Origin: Agathobacter sp. | GTDB taxonomy: Bacteria; Bacillota; Clostridia; Lachnospirales; Lachnospiraceae | DNA: 64,000 nucleotides | NCBI GenBank assembly: GCA_045603165.1 | Contig: JAZULP010000032.1 | Location: 5,667-69,666, forward strand | Direction: 5' to 3' | Shown here: positions 62,555-64,000 of the stretch, one piece after another | Position numbering within the stretch: position 1 is the first letter of the stretch | Layout of the letters: the number at the start of each line of letters is the position of its first letter | Position numbers and translations under genes: made by a program | Notes under the pieces: generated by a model | Told to the model about the DNA's origin: nothing | The model's input: only the letters and a program-made list of their open reading frames with translations | Databases searched by the model: none

Positions 62555-63024
62555 CTACTGTTTCAATCTTTTCTCTTCCAAACTCTTTAGAAATGGTTTC
62601 TTCAATTCTTGTGGTTTATAAAAGAACTTCTCCTCTGATTTACTCAACCGTTTTTCATCTTTTTTAATCTTTAATAATTCCAAAGAACATACAAAATCTG
62701 CCACCTGCAATAATCTATATTTTTGTGGCTCCGCCTTTCTAAATTCTACATCACTAAATAATATTGAGAAAACGGCATTTAGAATTGCACTTAACTCCGC
62801 TTGTCCATTATCATAGTATACGATTACTTTATCAAATTGATTAAACTATGGATATATTCCAAATCAAATCTGGACATTCTCATACTCTCTTCCAGTTTTA
62901 CAATTTCTTTGGTGATATCTATTGCCTGATTATGAAAAACCATTGTAACTAAGTAATAAGCTGGCCTTTCTTTAACCTCGCCAAAATCTCCTGATTCATC
63001 AATAAATATACTTAATTCGCTCAT
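62555..63024 (-). pseudogene. DUF3800 family protein with internal deletion and frameshift
   Basis: N-terminal IFIDESGD half. The C-terminal half (FDKVIVYYDNGQ...YRLLQVADFVCS...RLKQ*) continues in another frame from about 62845. Confidence 0.8.
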
Positions 63025-63053
63025 AAAATCCCCCTATTTTAAGCATTTTAAGT

Positions 63054-63177
63054 AAAAAAATTGGCGGGAAATTCTCCCGCCTACGGTGGTCCAAAGAGCT
63101 TTCGCCCAGACCAAAACTGTAATGACATTACAGTTTATTTCTATTCAAATCATAACAGAATTATTCATATTAAGCAA
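63054..63177 (-). ncRNA. Promoter plus three-hairpin structured RNA upstream of DUF3800 (element B)
   Basis: TTGCTT-17-TATGAT; palindrome at 63114-63136; UGGUCU-GGGC-GAAA-GCUC-UUU-GGACCA; GGCGGGA..UCCCGCC followed by U7. Confidence 0.7.
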
Positions 63178-63195
63178 GACTTTTAAAGAAAAATT

Positions 63196-63221
63196 TGTCA
63201 GAGACTTTAGTAGTCTCTGAC
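63196..63221. repeat. Palindrome gtcagagact-ttagt-agtctctgac at the junction of two modules
   Basis: Perfect 10-bp inverted repeat with a T-tract on the minus strand; terminator-like. Confidence 0.6.
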
Positions 63222-63266
63222 GTCTGTTAACTCGCTCATTTATAAGGCTGTGCATCACCTTTCAAC

Positions 63267-63371
63267 GACGAGGAGTCTCCCCGCCAAAATAGGTTGGACC
63301 TGGGTCTTGCGACCAGCCCAATGTAAACTTGTTTACATCATTATTATATGCAGAAAAACAAATTAATGCAA
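63267..63371 (-). ncRNA. Promoter plus three-hairpin structured RNA homologous to element B (element A)
   Basis: TTGCAT-17-TATAAT; palindrome at 63321-63338; UGGGCU-GGUC-GCAA-GACC-CA-GGUCCA; GGCGGGGA..UCCUCGUC. Confidence 0.7.
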
Positions 63372-63503
63372 TAAAATTTTAATTATAGACATTATCCTTT
63401 TCTAAAAACACTATTTCATATTCTCATTTATTCCATCATAAAAAAGTTACTTGTGCTACTAATCCCCACTGTCCTATCGTCCAATATCCATCGTAAGCAT
63501 CTC

Positions 63504-64000
63504 CTACTTATGAAAATACAAATTAGCTTTTTCTTCTACATCTAGAAGCATCTTTTCTATTGAACCATCCGCTTGCATTTCTTCCATATCATTTCGAACA
63601 CTTAATGGAAACATGTTCTTCATATCCTTTGCATAATAGCTTCCATCTCTTGGAATTCTTGAATCAGTCACTACATATGTGTCATCTATTTTCTCAACTA
63701 CAAATACATATGGTATTGAAGAACTAGTATCTTGCTTTACTTCCTCATTTTCATGGTAATATCTTCCTTCTACTACCCATGCATACACATAGTACAACTT
63801 TTCAGCTTTTTTCTCTTCCAAAAGAAATGTTCTGATACATGCAAATGTTTTTTCTCCTTCATAATGCACTGGTGCTTCATCACCCATCTGTACAATATAG
63901 TTCTTCACGGCTCTATCTATTGCCATATCATCAATATTGATAGGTGTTGTATAACAATAACCCCATGTACTAAACAATACTGGCTGGTTATTATGCATTC
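63504..64000 (-). CDS. Hypothetical protein, C-terminal part (start outside window)
   Basis: Open frame to the window edge with VYAWV, SSIP and IPRDGSYY..D...MFP; function not recognised. Confidence 0.6.
   Translation of the reverse strand, partial: MHNNQPVLFSTWGYCYTTPINIDDMAIDRAVKNYIVQMGDEAPVHYEGEKTFACIRTFLLEEKKAEKLYYVYAWVVEGRYYHENEEVKQDTSSSIPYVFVVEKIDDTYVVTDSRIPRDGSYYAKDMKNMFPLSVRNDMEEMQADGSIEKMLLDVEEKANLYFHK

Noticed and set aside
61597-63233. Shared 11-mer gagttaacaga at element C and at the element-A stub as a recombination site
   Set aside because: Only two copies in different contexts, with no recombinase nearby; compatible with chance.
63054-63340. CRISPR array or tRNA
   Set aside because: There are two diverged units rather than identical repeats with spacers, no cas genes, and no cloverleaf or T-loop.

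Overview
Low-GC Firmicute chromosome, most likely Lachnospiraceae judging from gene content and order, with almost all genes on the minus strand. 1-20 kb is a complete flagellar basal-body/hook/motor/export cluster (flgB to flhB, flhB truncated at the window edge). 20-35 kb is housekeeping, competence and sporulation: codY, topA, dprA, comM/yifB, an uninterrupted sigK with no pro-peptide, an RluA-family synthase, a GlgX homologue whose catalytic residues look lost, pcrA, gltX and cotJABC. 35-42 kb is an uncharacterised four-gene operon containing an Hsp70-like protein. 42-49 kb has nfnAB, an HD-GYP gene and an ABC transporter under a Trp T-box. 49-53 kb is a five-gene RiPP-like modification cassette (HPr-kinase-like, PqqD/RRE, soluble S24/S26 peptidase, ABC exporter, nucleotidyltransferase) with no visible precursor or lasso cyclase, downstream of COG0523 metal GTPases. 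57-61.5 kb holds LUD, zupT, ferredoxin, eno and an AEC transporter. 61.5-63.4 kb is a patch of decayed small cassettes in which three promoter-plus-structured-RNA units look intact while the adjacent ORFs are broken. Two of those RNAs are structural homologues with compensatory base changes, each followed by a DUF3800-type start. All calls come from reading motifs by eye; no database searches were run. Several starts were moved from the ORF track to the codon with RBS support.
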